From: Jimgerdemannia flammicorona
Taxonomy: Eukaryota
Direction: 5' to 3'
DNA: 35,527 bases
Assembly: GCA_003990765.1 (NCBI GenBank)
Contig: RBNJ01000250.1
Span: 1 to 35,527, forward strand
The notes beneath the pieces are model-generated. The model did not search any database, was not told where the DNA came from, and saw nothing but the letters and a program-made list of their open reading frames with translations. The position numbers and the translations under genes were made by a program. This document shows, in pieces, positions 10,353 through 22,259 of the stretch (positions within the stretch are counted from its first letter, which is position 1; each line of letters begins with the position of its first letter).

Positions 10353-10400
10353 CTTGGTAGCAGCAGTGTCATTATATCTTGTCTTATTAAAAAACCTTAT

Positions 10401-13400
10401 ATGAATTTGGAAACCAGTCACAAATAGTCATATGAATCTGAAATAATCCATGAAGAGTCAGTCTATCAGCCAGACCTCTCTGCTACAGAAGAAGTGAGAG
10501 AATCACAGCTCAACATAGAGAATATAATCAATGCTATAGTCTATCAAATCCAAGAACTTCAAGTATAACTAGAACAGCAGAAAATAAGAACTGTAAGTAC
10601 ATTACATTCTGCTATAGTATTATTAGTTTCAAGCCACTCAAGCCAGATACCTTCAACAGCCATTGAAGAGAGCTATCTATAGATACATGGATCTTCTAGT
10701 TAGACTAATACTTTGAGCTCACAAAAATGAAAGAAGACATATAAGTCCAATTTACTACTATACTTCTCTGAGAAAATGCAGCTATCTAATAGCATAATCA
10801 TATCATAGTTACCTCTATATACTTATATATATATATAAATCAGAGACTGGAAAGCCTTCAAGAGAGCCTTTTATAAGCAGTTCAAGTCTACTAATGCTAC
10901 CAAACTAGCCAGAGACAAGCTAGCAAACATTAAGTAACTCAAGTCTATACAAAGCTACAATGTACAATTTTTGTCAATTCTACTCAAGCTACTAGTGATA
11001 TCTGAGGACAAAAAGATAGACCACTATGTCTGAGGTCTGAAGAGAAATACACAAGTCAAGGTCAAGCTAGAAGAGCCCAAAAATCTTAATGAAGCCATGA
11101 GAATTACCAATAGGTTTGATATTATCACCTTTGGTAACTGCTTTGAACCAGAACACTACAAGAAGAACCACTTTGAGAACTGTCACAAGAATCAACCAAA
11201 GATAGTTGGTCTAGCACTAATAGACCTAGATACTATGAACAAAAAGAACACCAAGCTTACCCTTGAAGAAAAGGACTGCCTGAAGAAATCTAGAGCCTGT
11301 TTTTTCTATTGTCAAACAGAATACATTGCAACCAAATATCCTAAGAAGACTAGTAAACTCTCAAGATCAGTCACCATATTGTTCAAAGATACATCTGTCA
11401 ACCCCACTACTAGTCAACCTAAGCTTAAGATCAAGAAGCTTCATCTGAAAGCCCAGACCCCTCAATATCAAATAGAAGAAGTCATTGGTCTTAACCTATA
11501 CTCTGTCAAACAAGTTACCATTCCAGTCAAGGGCCAAACTCTAGTATCTACTGGAATTGCAGTTCAATATTCTGAAGAACATTATGCCAGAATTGCACTA
11601 CAATCAAGACTTAGTGTCAAATATTATTTAGATATATGTAGGTACTAGTATCATTGACCCAGACTTTTAAGGACAAGTTCAAGTTCTGCTTATTAACCAG
11701 AAGGATCAAAACTATACAGTTAAGAAAGGAGACCAAGTTGCACAAATGATTCTAGAAAAAGCCAGTCAACTCAAGATTACAGAAGTCCAAGAACTCTCTG
11801 AAACCCAATGAGATCAAAAAGGTTTTGACAGTACTAATCAAGTAGCAAGTCTTAGTGAAAATTAAGCTCAAGCTATGCCCATTTTCAAAGGCCTAGTCAA
11901 AGGAAAAGAAGTTTAAGTACTCATAGACAGTAGAGCTACAGAGAACTTCATCAATCAGAATCTCATTAAAAGCCTCAAGATCCTTACCAAGCCTAATAGT
12001 ATAGTTACTATAGATGGTACTCTGTACTCTATTGAGTCAATTGCCACCAAACTACCCATTAAGATCCAGAAATATTGGGAATGAGTAGACTTTGAGATTG
12101 CACCACTAAGAGATCATAACCTGATCTTAGAAAAACCCTGACATATGAAATATAATCCAGACATTGATTGGTATAAGAATGAAGTTACTCTACTTCAAGA
12201 TAGAGCTAATATCACTATTAAGACAGACAAAACCATGAGTAAGACCCAGATTGTAACACTGTCAGCTATATAGTACAAGAGAGTACTCAAAAAGATAATA
12301 TATATCTTTATTGTAATAGTCCATTCCAAGAAATAAGACAAGAGACTATCAGTCAATAAAAGTATCAAGTTACTGCTAGAAGAATTCAAGGATGTCTTTC
12401 CAGACAAGCTATCTGGTCTACTGCCTACATGAGAAGTTTATCATGAAATTGAACTGACCCCAGAAGCTGTATCATCCAAGAAACACATGTACTATATATT
12501 GCCACTTGAAATAGAAGCAGTCAAAAAGGAACTAGAAGAACTACTTATATGAGAAGCCATTCAGTCAAGCAAATCTCCTTATGGCTCATCAGTCTTATTT
12601 GTCAAGAAGAAGGATGGTATCCTATAAATATACATAGACTATCATACACTCAACAAACTCACTGTCAAGAACTGCTATCTACTACCCTTGATTGATCAAA
12701 TCTTTGATACTCTCAAGAATATCAAGTACTTCACTAAGTTAGATCTCATGTCAGGATACCACCAATTCAAATCAAGCCAGAAGACATTTCCAAGACTATA
12801 TTTATGACTCTCTTTGGACTCTATGAATTTCTGGTCTTAGTATATAGTCTCACTAATGCACTTACTACATTCTAGACCTTGATGAATAAGATATTTAAGA
12901 ATCAACTATTTATTTTCCTGTTGATATATCTTGACAATATCCTGATCTTTAGTACAAAAAGAAGAATACCTCAAACACATTTGTATAGTTCTGGAGATTC
13001 TGTGAAAATACAAGCTTTATGCCAAGCTCAAGAAGTGTGAATTCTTTAAAGAACAAGTTGAATATCTTGGCCACATTGTCTCTGTATAAGGAATTTAAGT
13101 AGATCTATACAAGATAGAAGCAATTAAAGAATGGCCCATTCTGTCAAACCTTACAGAACTCTGATCCTTTCTTGGTCTAGCTGGCTACTATTACTGCTTT
13201 GTCAGAAACTTCTCTGATATTACCAAGCTACTGACTAATCTCATAAGAAAGGCCTTGTACTCAGACTACTATGTACCCTATATCTGAGACCTCTTCTGTC
13301 AATAAGCCTTTCAAGAACTCAAGAACCACCTGACCCATACTCTAGTCCTACATAATGCAGATCAAGGCCTAAAATTCACAGTCACTACTGATGCATCAAA

Positions 13401-15145
13401 TTTTGCCATTAGAGCAGTCCTGTCATAAGATAATAGCAAAGGACATCATCTTATTACTTTTGAGTCCTATAAGTTGACCTCAGCTAAATAAAAACTAGCC
13501 ACTTATAAGAAGGAACTACTGGTAATAATATATGCACTAAACCACTGGTGATATTATCTAGAAGATATTGAGTTTGATATTATTACTGATCATCAATCTC
13601 TCAAGTACATCAACACTGTCATATCTATAAGTCAAGTAGAGTCTCAAGCTTCAAACCTTCAACCCAACAATCATCTACAAGCTTAGCAAGACACTTATAG
13701 TACCAGATGTCTTATCAAGATGCCCAGACCTCACCACAATCATACAAATTACCTTGGCATTAGAATTCCTAGACCAAATCAGATAAACTTATAAAGAAGA
13801 CACAGTTGCCACTAGAGTTTTCTCAAATAAGCTCAAGGATATATATACTGTTGAGAACAATCTGATCTATCATCAAGATCAAGTCTATCTATCTGAAAAC
13901 ATAAACCTATACTATAAGGTTTTGCAAGAACACTATGACTCTCCAACACCACTACTATTGGCCAAGCATGGTCAAGGAAATCAAGAACTATGTTGCCAGC
14001 TATGATCTATATTAGTATGATAAGTCTATCAACCAAGTGTTAGTCAGTTTGCTATAACTACTGCCAATTCTTATCAAGAAATTCAAGCAAGTTACCATGG
14101 ACTTTGTAACTTAACTACCATAAACTCAATCTGGTGTTGATGCTATTTTCATATTCATTGACCCCTGACCAAGGCTATGGTTACTGAACCAACTACTACT
14201 AATGCTACTGTACCTGAGATTGCAAGAATCTTCTTCAAGTCCATCTTCCATCACTATAGCCTACCATAAGTAATTGTCAGTGATCATGACCCCAAGTTCA
14301 CCAGTTACTTCTGGCAAACTCTCCTCAAGACCCTGGGAATTTAATTGGCTATGTCTACTATCTTTCACCTACAAACTGATAGACAAACCAAATATATAAA
14401 CAGAACTCTAGAACAAATACTTAGAAACTATGTTTCTTATAAGCAAGATGATTAGAACCACTATCTGACTTATGCAGAGTTTGCATACAACAACACTATC
14501 CAATCATCTACTGGTCTTTCTCCTTTCTGGTTACTCTATGGTTAAGATCCTGAGACCTCTGCAAATCTATTCTCTTTCAAGAAAAGTAGTCAAATATAAG
14601 TCCCAACTGCTAAGAACCTTACAGATAAAATGGATGAACTACTCAAGATTGCTACCATGAATCTTCAGAAAACTCAACAGTATCAAGCCAAGTATGCTGA
14701 TAAGAAATGCTGTAATATCACTTATACTGTTAGAGATTAAGTTCTACTGTCTACTGAGAATCTCAAGATACAATCTCAAGTCAATTGCTCTTTGAACAAG
14801 TTCCAACCTAAGTATATTAGACCTTTCAAGATCACTGAACAAGTCTCTGCATCCTCCTACCACCTCAAGCTATCTGAAATCATAAGAGTACACCCAGTCT
14901 TTCATATGTCATACCTCAAGACCTGGAACCAGTCACCACCCTACTCTGGTTGAATTCCTAAGCCTTCTGTCCCTATGATTATTGAAGACTATATTGAGTA
15001 CAAAGCTGAGAAAATTTTTGACAAATAAATCTGCTACTGCCATCCTGAATACCTAGTCAAGTAGATGGGTTATCCTAAATATGATGCTATCTGGGAACCA
15101 CTGATCAACCTCAAGAACTCTCATGATCTAGTTTAAGACTTTGAG
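10401..15145 (+). pseudogene. gag-dUTPase-pol-chromodomain polyprotein of element 2 (start approximate)
   Basis: LKPDTFN (Gag), decayed knuckle ACFFYCQTEYIATKY, VLIDSRA, YLDN (decayed YLDD), MDFV/SDHDPKF, and chromodomain EYKAEKIFDK..EYLVK*MGYP...WEP at 14996-15145. Small deletions, e.g. in the integrase HHCC region near 13945. Confidence 0.9.
11424..11835 (+). pseudogene. dut: Trimeric dUTPase domain inside element 2 polyprotein
   Basis: LKIKKLHLKAQTP..IGLNL, STGIAVQYSEEHYARIALQSRL, IIDPDF*GQVQVLLIN, KGDQVAQMILE, TQ*DQKGFDST. Confidence 0.93.
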
Positions 15146-15473
15146 GCAAAATACATTGCCCAATCTCTGTAGTGACTTTCTTGGATTGTTGATGACCTAT
15201 GGCAATAATTAGTGCCTTATGCATCAGAAGTTTACTTTGGGACCTAAGAATTAGTAAAACATTTAATAAATAAGAAGTCCATCGAAATGAAGCTACTAGC
15301 TAGATTTGAACTCCTCCCAGTTAGTTAGTCTGATAATAGACCCTCTGTCCTATACAAGGATGACCAATCTCCACCAATATACCAATAAAGATTTGAGAAA
15401 TTTTGGTTAAGTATATCTAGTCTTATGTTATCTAAGAACTTAATGAGGACATTGGTTTTTAAGGAGAGAGAGA

Positions 15474-15938
15474 TATAACAATTTTACAGTCATATTTAGT
15501 CTTAGTATATTTTCACATCTTTTAGTTAGTCTTTTCTTATTATTTCTTGAATATTCTATTATATTCCACCACCTTCTACTTGCTTAGAAATCTTCTCTCA
15601 GTACCCAGACATTACTAGAACATTCTTGTCTTTTCTTGGTACTAAGTATCTTGTCTTAGCTAGTCATGAAACCTTTCAGAACATTATAGAATAGTATTAG
15701 TCAGCTTTGCTGAGAACCTATTTCTTAGCATTTCTCTTTCTTTCCAAGATTCTTTTGGATCTTTCTTTTAGATTATATATAAATATCCTTATTCTCTGTT
15801 TGAATAAAGCTCAGAATATTTTCTTCCAGAAATCCTTCAAGAATACTTGAATCTTTAAGTATCTCTCTAAGCTACTTTAGATCAATTAAAACTTCCAGAT
15901 TTAGCTACTTCCTCTTTAAAGAAATTAGAACTGTTACA
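15474..15938 (+). repeat. 3' LTR of element 2 (465 bp)
   Basis: TATAACAATTTTACAGTC...GAACTGTTACA, following the PPT. Confidence 0.95.
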
Positions 15939-16340
15939 TTGGGAGTGGTAAAGATGTGATCTTGAAGAGCAGTGAAGATACAGTCTCAGAGGGTGGTAAA
16001 GATGTGATCTCATGGGACAGTAAAGATGTAGTCTTGGGGGACAGTAAAGATGTAGTCTTGGGAGATAACAAAGATGTGGTCTTGGGAGGAGTAAAGATGC
16101 AGTCTTAGAGGATAGCAAAGATATAGTCTCAGAGAGGAGCAAAGATGTAGTCTCAGAGGACAGCAAAGATGTGGTCTTGGGGAGCAGTAAAGATGTGGTC
16201 TTAGAGAGCAGTAAAGATATAGTCTTGGGGGGCAGTGAAGGAGAGAGAGTGAAGATGTGGTCTTAGAGGGCAGTAAAGATATTCTTAGAGAGTAATAAAG
16301 ATATAGTCTCAAAGATAGCAAAGATATAGTCTCAGGTGGT
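15939..16340. repeat. 24-bp minisatellite, roughly 16-17 units (right part)
   Basis: Unit e.g. AAAGATGTAGTCTTGGGGGACAGT. The minus strand gives an 8-aa repeat such as LPPETISL / LSSETTSL. Confidence 0.9.
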
Positions 16341-16407
16341 AGCAATAGAGATATTGTACAGTTTTAGTAGTGCTGAATAAAAAAAAATAATACCACCTAG
16401 TAGATAT

Positions 16408-16411
<4 letters not shown>

Positions 16412-16464
<53 letters not shown>
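16412..16464 (+). repeat. A53 homopolymer
   Basis: Direct reading of the sequence. Confidence 0.95.
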
Positions 16465-16466
<2 letters not shown>

Positions 16467-16544
16467 GCTAAGTACAGTGACTAATTATAAAATAATAGCT
16501 ACAATAGATGATAGAGGAGGTTTGAATAGGTGAGGTATAGGCGA

Positions 16545-17165
16545 GTGAGATAGAGAGGAGGTGGGGGTAGAGAGAAGGTATAGATAGATAGAATAGAATA
16601 AAAAAAAAAAAAAAAAAGATAGATAGAATAGAGAGAAGAAAGAGAAGAAATAGAAGAAGATTTGGAGATTCAGAAGAGTGGAAAGAAGGAGAATAATACT
16701 CTGAATATTATTTTCCCTCTCATTCACAATTATATTTTCTACTATAAAAATTGCTAGCTAACCTATCTAGTATCTATTCTCTATAGTTAGAGACAATTTA
16801 CTAATATATAACAATTTACTACTGAGTGAGAATAGAAGTGTAGAGAAGACAGAATAGAGAGGAGGTGTGGGTGGTGGGGTAGAGAGGAGGTGTGAGTGAG
16901 TGGGATAGGGAGGAGGAGGAGAAGGAGGAGGAGAAATGAGAGAAGATTCAGATAAGTAGAGAGGAGGTTTAGATGAAGTGGGAAAAAGAACAATTCCTAT
17001 TCAAATATTATTTTTCCTCTCATTTATAATTACATTTTCTACTATAAATATAATCTATCTAGTATCTGTTCTCTGTAGTTGGGAGAACAATTTATTAGTG
17101 TGAGATAATTTACTATGGATAATAATTTACCACTGAGTAATCAGACAAGTATAGAGAAAGCAGAT
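16545..17165. repeat. Diverged tandem duplication of ~310 bp (about 16545-16860 and 16860-17165)
   Basis: Both copies show a GA-rich tract, then AATATTATTTTYCCTCTCATTYAYAATTAYATTTTCTACTATAAA, then CTATCTAGTATCTRTTCTCTRTAGTT. Boundaries approximate. Confidence 0.75.
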
Positions 17166-17236
17166 ATTAAAGTGCTTAAATCTTATATAAGGGAAGAATT
17201 CAAATGAAGGAGGTCATGTTGGAGATATATTACCAT

Positions 17237-20200
17237 ACACCTTTCTTTGATAATATTTGAGTTATATAATTTTCTAATAATACTCACAACTTCATTTTTG
17301 GAAAAAAGATACTAACAATATGGTAACTGAAGAGCATTCTGAGATATATACTGAGTAGGATAACCCTAGTATATTCAACTGACAGTATGTGGGAAGAAGT
17401 CATGACTTGGGGGGAAGTATGAGGGGCTTGCTGACTAGCAGATATAGAAGAGAAGAAAGTAGTACTAAGGAACAGGAGATAGGGAGAATAAGCTTTACAG
17501 ATAAGATGAAGGGAGATAGACTGATGATGACGATTGAACTGGAGGGCTGGCTGAGAAAGAGCAAGAAGATAGTAAGAGTTATCAGTTCTGGGAGTATAGC
17601 AAAGGCAGCAGAGCTGGGAGAGTAGTGGTTGGAAAGAGTGAGACTGCTGATGGTAAAGAGACTACTAATTTGGAAATAAATCCAGATGTGACAGTTGATG
17701 GAGAATCTGGACAGAAGAAGGGTATAAGGCCTGGAGATCTGGCAGACAGTATGATAGGACTAATGGCAGCACTATTACTCAAGAAATCAAGGTCAGAATT
17801 TGCTATCATATTGTGTTTCCAAGGCTTGGTAGTAATAATAAGAATGATTTTGAGGCTCCTGGTCCAGGAGGTAAAGGGGGCTACTTTAGTAAAGTTTTTG
17901 AAGAGACTGGAAGGGGTGGAGATCAGCTTCAAGAAGAAAGAGATACTACTAGAGGTAATAGAGAAGGGAGTAGTGGTGGTGGGGGGGGGGTGGTAATCTC
18001 TATGGCCTGGTACTTACACTGGGATCTCTGAGTAATATAGCTGATAGTACTGGATATTCCTATAGTATTGAAGGAAATAGCTAGAAGATTGATTGTAGAG
18101 ACCATCAAAAAATATAGGGAGATTGTGGATATTGGGTTTAGGGTCTGAGAAGATACCAAATTCCAGACAGAAGATGTGGACATCAGAGTGTAACTAGTAG
18201 ATAAAGAGAATATGGGGAAGGTGAGAGACTGGCTGATAGTTCTTAAGTAGGGACCTAGAGTGCAAGGTCTTATGAGTAAAAAGGATGATAGAGGAGGAAG
18301 AGAACTTGCTGGAAGCATTGAAAGATCTAGCTAGAGCTATGGAGAGAGGAAGATTAGTCTAGAAGGAGTACAAGGCCAAGACAGTGGTAGAGATTATTAA
18401 TGATAAGAAGGTATAATTGAATTGAATGACCTGGGAGAGGATACAGAGAAGGCATATCTAGAAGGAGCTACTAGCTAAGTTGAGAAGAGGGATAGCTGGG
18501 GGGACTACCACTAAAGAGATGGAGTTGAAGATAAGTGCTTGGACAGGAGAGAAGAGAGTGGTATAAGAGGAGGCTCTAGGAGGGAGAGAGGACACTGGGC
18601 AGAGTATCATTGTAGAGGATGCAGAGATGATAGAGGGGGAGCACATATAGTATGGGATATCAGATGGAGCTGGAAATGAGGACAAATTGCAGAATGTGCT
18701 GGAGGAGAATTGGGATAAGTCAGTGAGAAGGAATGCTGAGAGGGAATAGATAGAAGGGAGGTTGAGAGTGGCTCAGAGGGTGGCAGAGGCTGAGGCTAAG
18801 AAGAAATGGCTATAGAAAATGCTGGAGAATGTAGCAGCTGAGAAGCTAGGGGGAGAGGACTTCCAGGTACTGAGTGAGGTAAAATCTTGCATAGGGAGGA
18901 GATGTTTCAGAAACTCTGAGATGAGATAATAGTAGCACTGTTAGAGACCAAGAAGTATCAGATTGATGATGCCAGAGAGGCAGTACTTATGGCAGTTGTG
19001 AATGATAGAATAGAATACATATGAGGCCTAAGGAAAGAGCTGGCAAAGTAGCAGGTGGTATATAAGAAATACTATACAGAGATGAAGATAGTAGATGGAG
19101 CAGATTGTCAGGAGATCTTAGAGACATTGGAGGCTCAACAGAGAGAGACTGATGAACTGGAGGCAGAAAGAAATCTGGATATTACTGGAGATACAGTAAG
19201 TATGAAATTATAGAGTAAACTGTAGTACTTCAAATAACATTATTCAATATAAACAGTATAACTAAAATCTTATCTCTGAATTTCAATGGACTCTGAGAGA
19301 TAGTGAGGTAGCAAAATATCTTTGGATAGCTAAAAGAGACTGAAGCTAATTTGTTCTTACTGTAGGATATTGAGTGTAATAGAGATCTGAATAGTCAGAA
19401 CTGAACAAAATAATGGGGTAGAGTAGCTATTTGGTAAAGATATGGGCATTTTGATTAGAAAAGGCAAGGGAGACTTGAGAGATATTGAATATTGGGGGAG
19501 TAGGGTAATATGGGGAGTCTGAAAGAGGTCAGACTAGAGGCCTTTGATAGTTGGGTCTTGTTATTGCCTAGTAGATAGAGGGGAGAGGGTAGAATGGATA
19601 TAGAAGCTATAAGAGTCTAGAGCATTAGTGGAGACCAGAATTGATTATCTAGGGGAGACTTTAATATAATATATAATAGAAAGATAGACAGAACTAATAG
19701 AGATAGAGAGATAGTAGGCAGGAGTGGGGGTATAGAAGACTGAGAGAAAGTTGAATGTTTGAGCTCATTAGGAGATGTAGAGAGGCTTAGATGGGGGGAT
19801 TGAAGAGTCTTCATTCACTGGATAACAGGGCTAAGATTGACTGGATATTGACTATAGATTGCTGGGGAATTGATATCTAGAGGTCTTTGGAGACTGTTTG
19901 ATATCTATGTTCAGATCACTGGAGTCTTTTAGGAGAGAGGTGTTTGAGAGTAGTGGGGAGTAGCCTAGACATTGGTGACTAAATACTTCCTTACTAGAAG
20001 AGGCTACTCTATAGGAGACATGGGTAATAGACATTAGCTCTAGGATTCTTGACTGGAGGGTAGTAGGCCTGGGGATTGGGAAGTACTAGATATGATTGAA
20101 ATCTAAGGTACAAAGATACTGAGGGGAGGTAGGAAGGATATAGAGTGCTCAGAGGAGAAAGCAGATGAGGTGGGCCTTCCAGAGGTTGGAAGGATTGTTG

Positions 20201-21407
20201 GTATCCTGGGCAGATCTAGTAAATAGAGGAAAGAAAGGAGATTGGCATATACAGCAGACCAGACTAGAGGTGGAGGAGCTAAAGGACATTCTGTGGCAGA
20301 AGGAGGAGCTACAGATTAGAGGCATGGCAGCCAGACTGTAGTGACAGGAATTGAAAGAGAGAAAGCAACTTACTAAATTTTTGTCATAGATGCTACAGAT
20401 AAGAAGAGTTCAGCAGCAGTGGAAGGGAGTCTTGGATGAGGCTAGGGAGTTGGTAGTTGGGATGTTAGAGATACTGGACCAGTTGAGTAGGTGGTGGAGA
20501 TATCTATAGAGTGAGGAGGATGGAGGAGAGAAAGTATTGATAATTGACAAATACTTGGAAGAATGGTACTCTGACCCAGTGATAGGCTTAGGCAATCTTG
20601 GTACTGCTGTCCAAAGAGAGGAGATTCATAAGTTCTGTGGACAATGAGCTCTGAGACTGTGCCAGAGAAAGATGGACTACCATAGAATTTCTGGAAATAG
20701 ATAGCAGGAATTGAGTTGGCTCTGAAGGAATTGATAGAGATGTATGATGAAGTAATAGATTCTGGGACATGGATTGGAGGGCAGAGGCTGGGTCTTATGA
20801 CTCTACTGTTTAAGAATAAGGGGAGGAGAGAGGAGTGGAAGAACTGGAGACTGATTATACTTCTAGATATAGATCACAAGTTAGTCACAAAGATACTGGT
20901 GGCTAAGCTGTAGAGAGTGGTCCAGCAGGTCCTGGGGGCTGAGCAGAGAGGGTTTGTAGAAGAATGTCTTATTAGAGATGGAACAGTCTGAGCACATAGC
21001 ATTATTGAGGATACTTGCACTACTGGGGTAGATAGATAACTGGTTTTTCTGGACCAGGAGAAGGCCTATAACAAGGTCTAATAAGTGTGATTAGAGAGGA
21101 TGCTACAGTATATTGAGGTTCCCTATAGAGTCTAGAGGATCTTGATCAGTCTGCTAGAAGAGAGTTAGGTGGTTATCATAGTGAATAGATATAGAGGTGT
21201 TTCTTTCTCTCTAGGCAGAAGAGTGCCACAGGGGGATCCACTGTCTCTGATTTTATATATACTATCCCTGGAGCTGCTTTTGGATAGGATATGGCAAAAG
21301 GTGCCTTTGCTGATAATATAGTAGTTAAGCTGGAGTCAGTTGTAGACATTGAAGTATTAAAAGATACAGTAGAGTGATATGAGACATACTTAGATGCTAA
21401 GCTCAAT
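17237..21407 (+). mobile_element. LINE A (L1/Tx1 clade), 5'-complete, heavily decayed, interrupted in RT by LINE B; remainder expected beyond the window
   Basis: 5' end ACACCTTTC, ORF1 ATG at 17320, ORF2 from ~19249 with APE motifs (LNFNGL, GDFN, SDHW) and RT motifs (KNWRLIILLDIDHKL, FLDQEKAY, PQGDPLS, AFADN). Breaks off at ..DAKLN. Confidence 0.9.
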
Positions 21408-22149
21408 AACCTTTCACTGATAATATTCAAGTGATATAAGACTCAGACAACACTTTCTGCAACATTTTTGATAAAAGAAAACTAGCAATATGGATAGTAA
21501 TGAGTATACTGGTGAGTATATTAGCTAGGGGGGCAGTAGTACCTTCAACTAGCAGTATGTCAGGAGGAGGTAAGGAGATGGTTTGGGGATACTAGAGCCT
21601 CCTATGGTTGGTTGTAGTACTGATATTAGAGGGTGGGGCAGATTGAGGCAACAAGGAGAGGGAAGGATGACCTTTGCTAATAAGGTCAAGATGGGGAGAA
21701 TGGTATTGGGTCTGAATAGTTGGTTGAGACTGGGGAAGGCATTGACAGCTTCAGCTAGGGGACAGAGAGGGGCTCCCATGAGAGGGGCAGACAGTAGGAA
21801 GGAGAGAGAAGTAGGGGCTAGAGATGTAACTGCTGATAGCATGGTGACTGGAGATCTGAAAAAAAATCCAGATGTGACAACTATTGGTAGATCAGGACAG
21901 GAAGAGAGCACGAGACCTGGGGATCTGGCAGATGGTATGACTGATATAGTGTCAACACCATTACTCAAAAAGTTGAGGTCAGAATTTACTGTCACATTGT
22001 GCTTCTAAGGCTTGGCAGTAACTGTAAGGATAATTTTGGGACTGGTGATACAGGAGGTGAAGGGGGTAGCTTTAGTGAAGTTTTTGAAGGGGAAAGAAGG
22101 GGTCAAGGTTGGATTTGAGGAAGAGGCATTGTTGTTGGAGGCTGTGGAG

Positions 22150-22168
22150 AAAGGGGTAGTAGTGGGTA
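22150..22168 (+). repeat. Target-site duplication of LINE C (second copy 28056-28074)
   Basis: (AAA)GGGGTAGTAGTGGGTA occurs before the 5' end and directly after the poly(A) tail; 16-19 bp. Confidence 0.95.
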
Positions 22169-22259
22169 CAAGTCGGACATCTCTTTCCAGTATCATTCAG
22201 GTTACACAACCTTTGGAAGGCACTTTCAACATCATTTTTGGTGAAAAGAGACTAACAAC

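Larger units (their letters stand above)
9927..15938 (+). mobile_element. Ty3/Gypsy chromovirus LTR retrotransposon 2, sister family of element 1, more decayed
   Basis: LTRs 9927-10352 and 15474-15938, perfect TSD TTGGG (9922-9926 / 15939-15943), PBS 10355-10366, PPT AAGGAGAGAGAGA 15461-15473, same domain order as element 1. Confidence 0.96.
1383..16345 (-). mobile_element. MULE DNA transposon body including putative repeat-rich N-terminal coding region; termini/TIRs not identified
   Basis: Removing both LTR elements joins 1383-3261, 9301-9926 and 15944-16345 into one contiguous stretch. The upstream parts are tandem repeats, including a 24-nt (8-codon) unit, reading as Pro/Ser-rich repeats on the transposase strand. 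The assignment of the repeats to the MULE is inferred from contiguity. Confidence 0.55.

Noticed and set aside
3866..15145. Alternative genetic code explaining the many TGA/TAA/TAG at conserved positions
   Set aside because: The stops replace Arg, Gln and Trp alike and often differ between copies, as expected for C>T/G>A damage. The host gene uses the standard code.
15939..16340. Regular short repeats resembling a CRISPR array
   Set aside because: Head-to-tail 24-bp units with no unique spacers, in a eukaryotic context with no cas genes.
16485..16993. Hydrophobic minus-strand ORFs of 80 and 68 aa resembling membrane proteins or an env-like gene
   Set aside because: Translations of poly(T) and CT-rich simple sequence lying outside the LTR elements.
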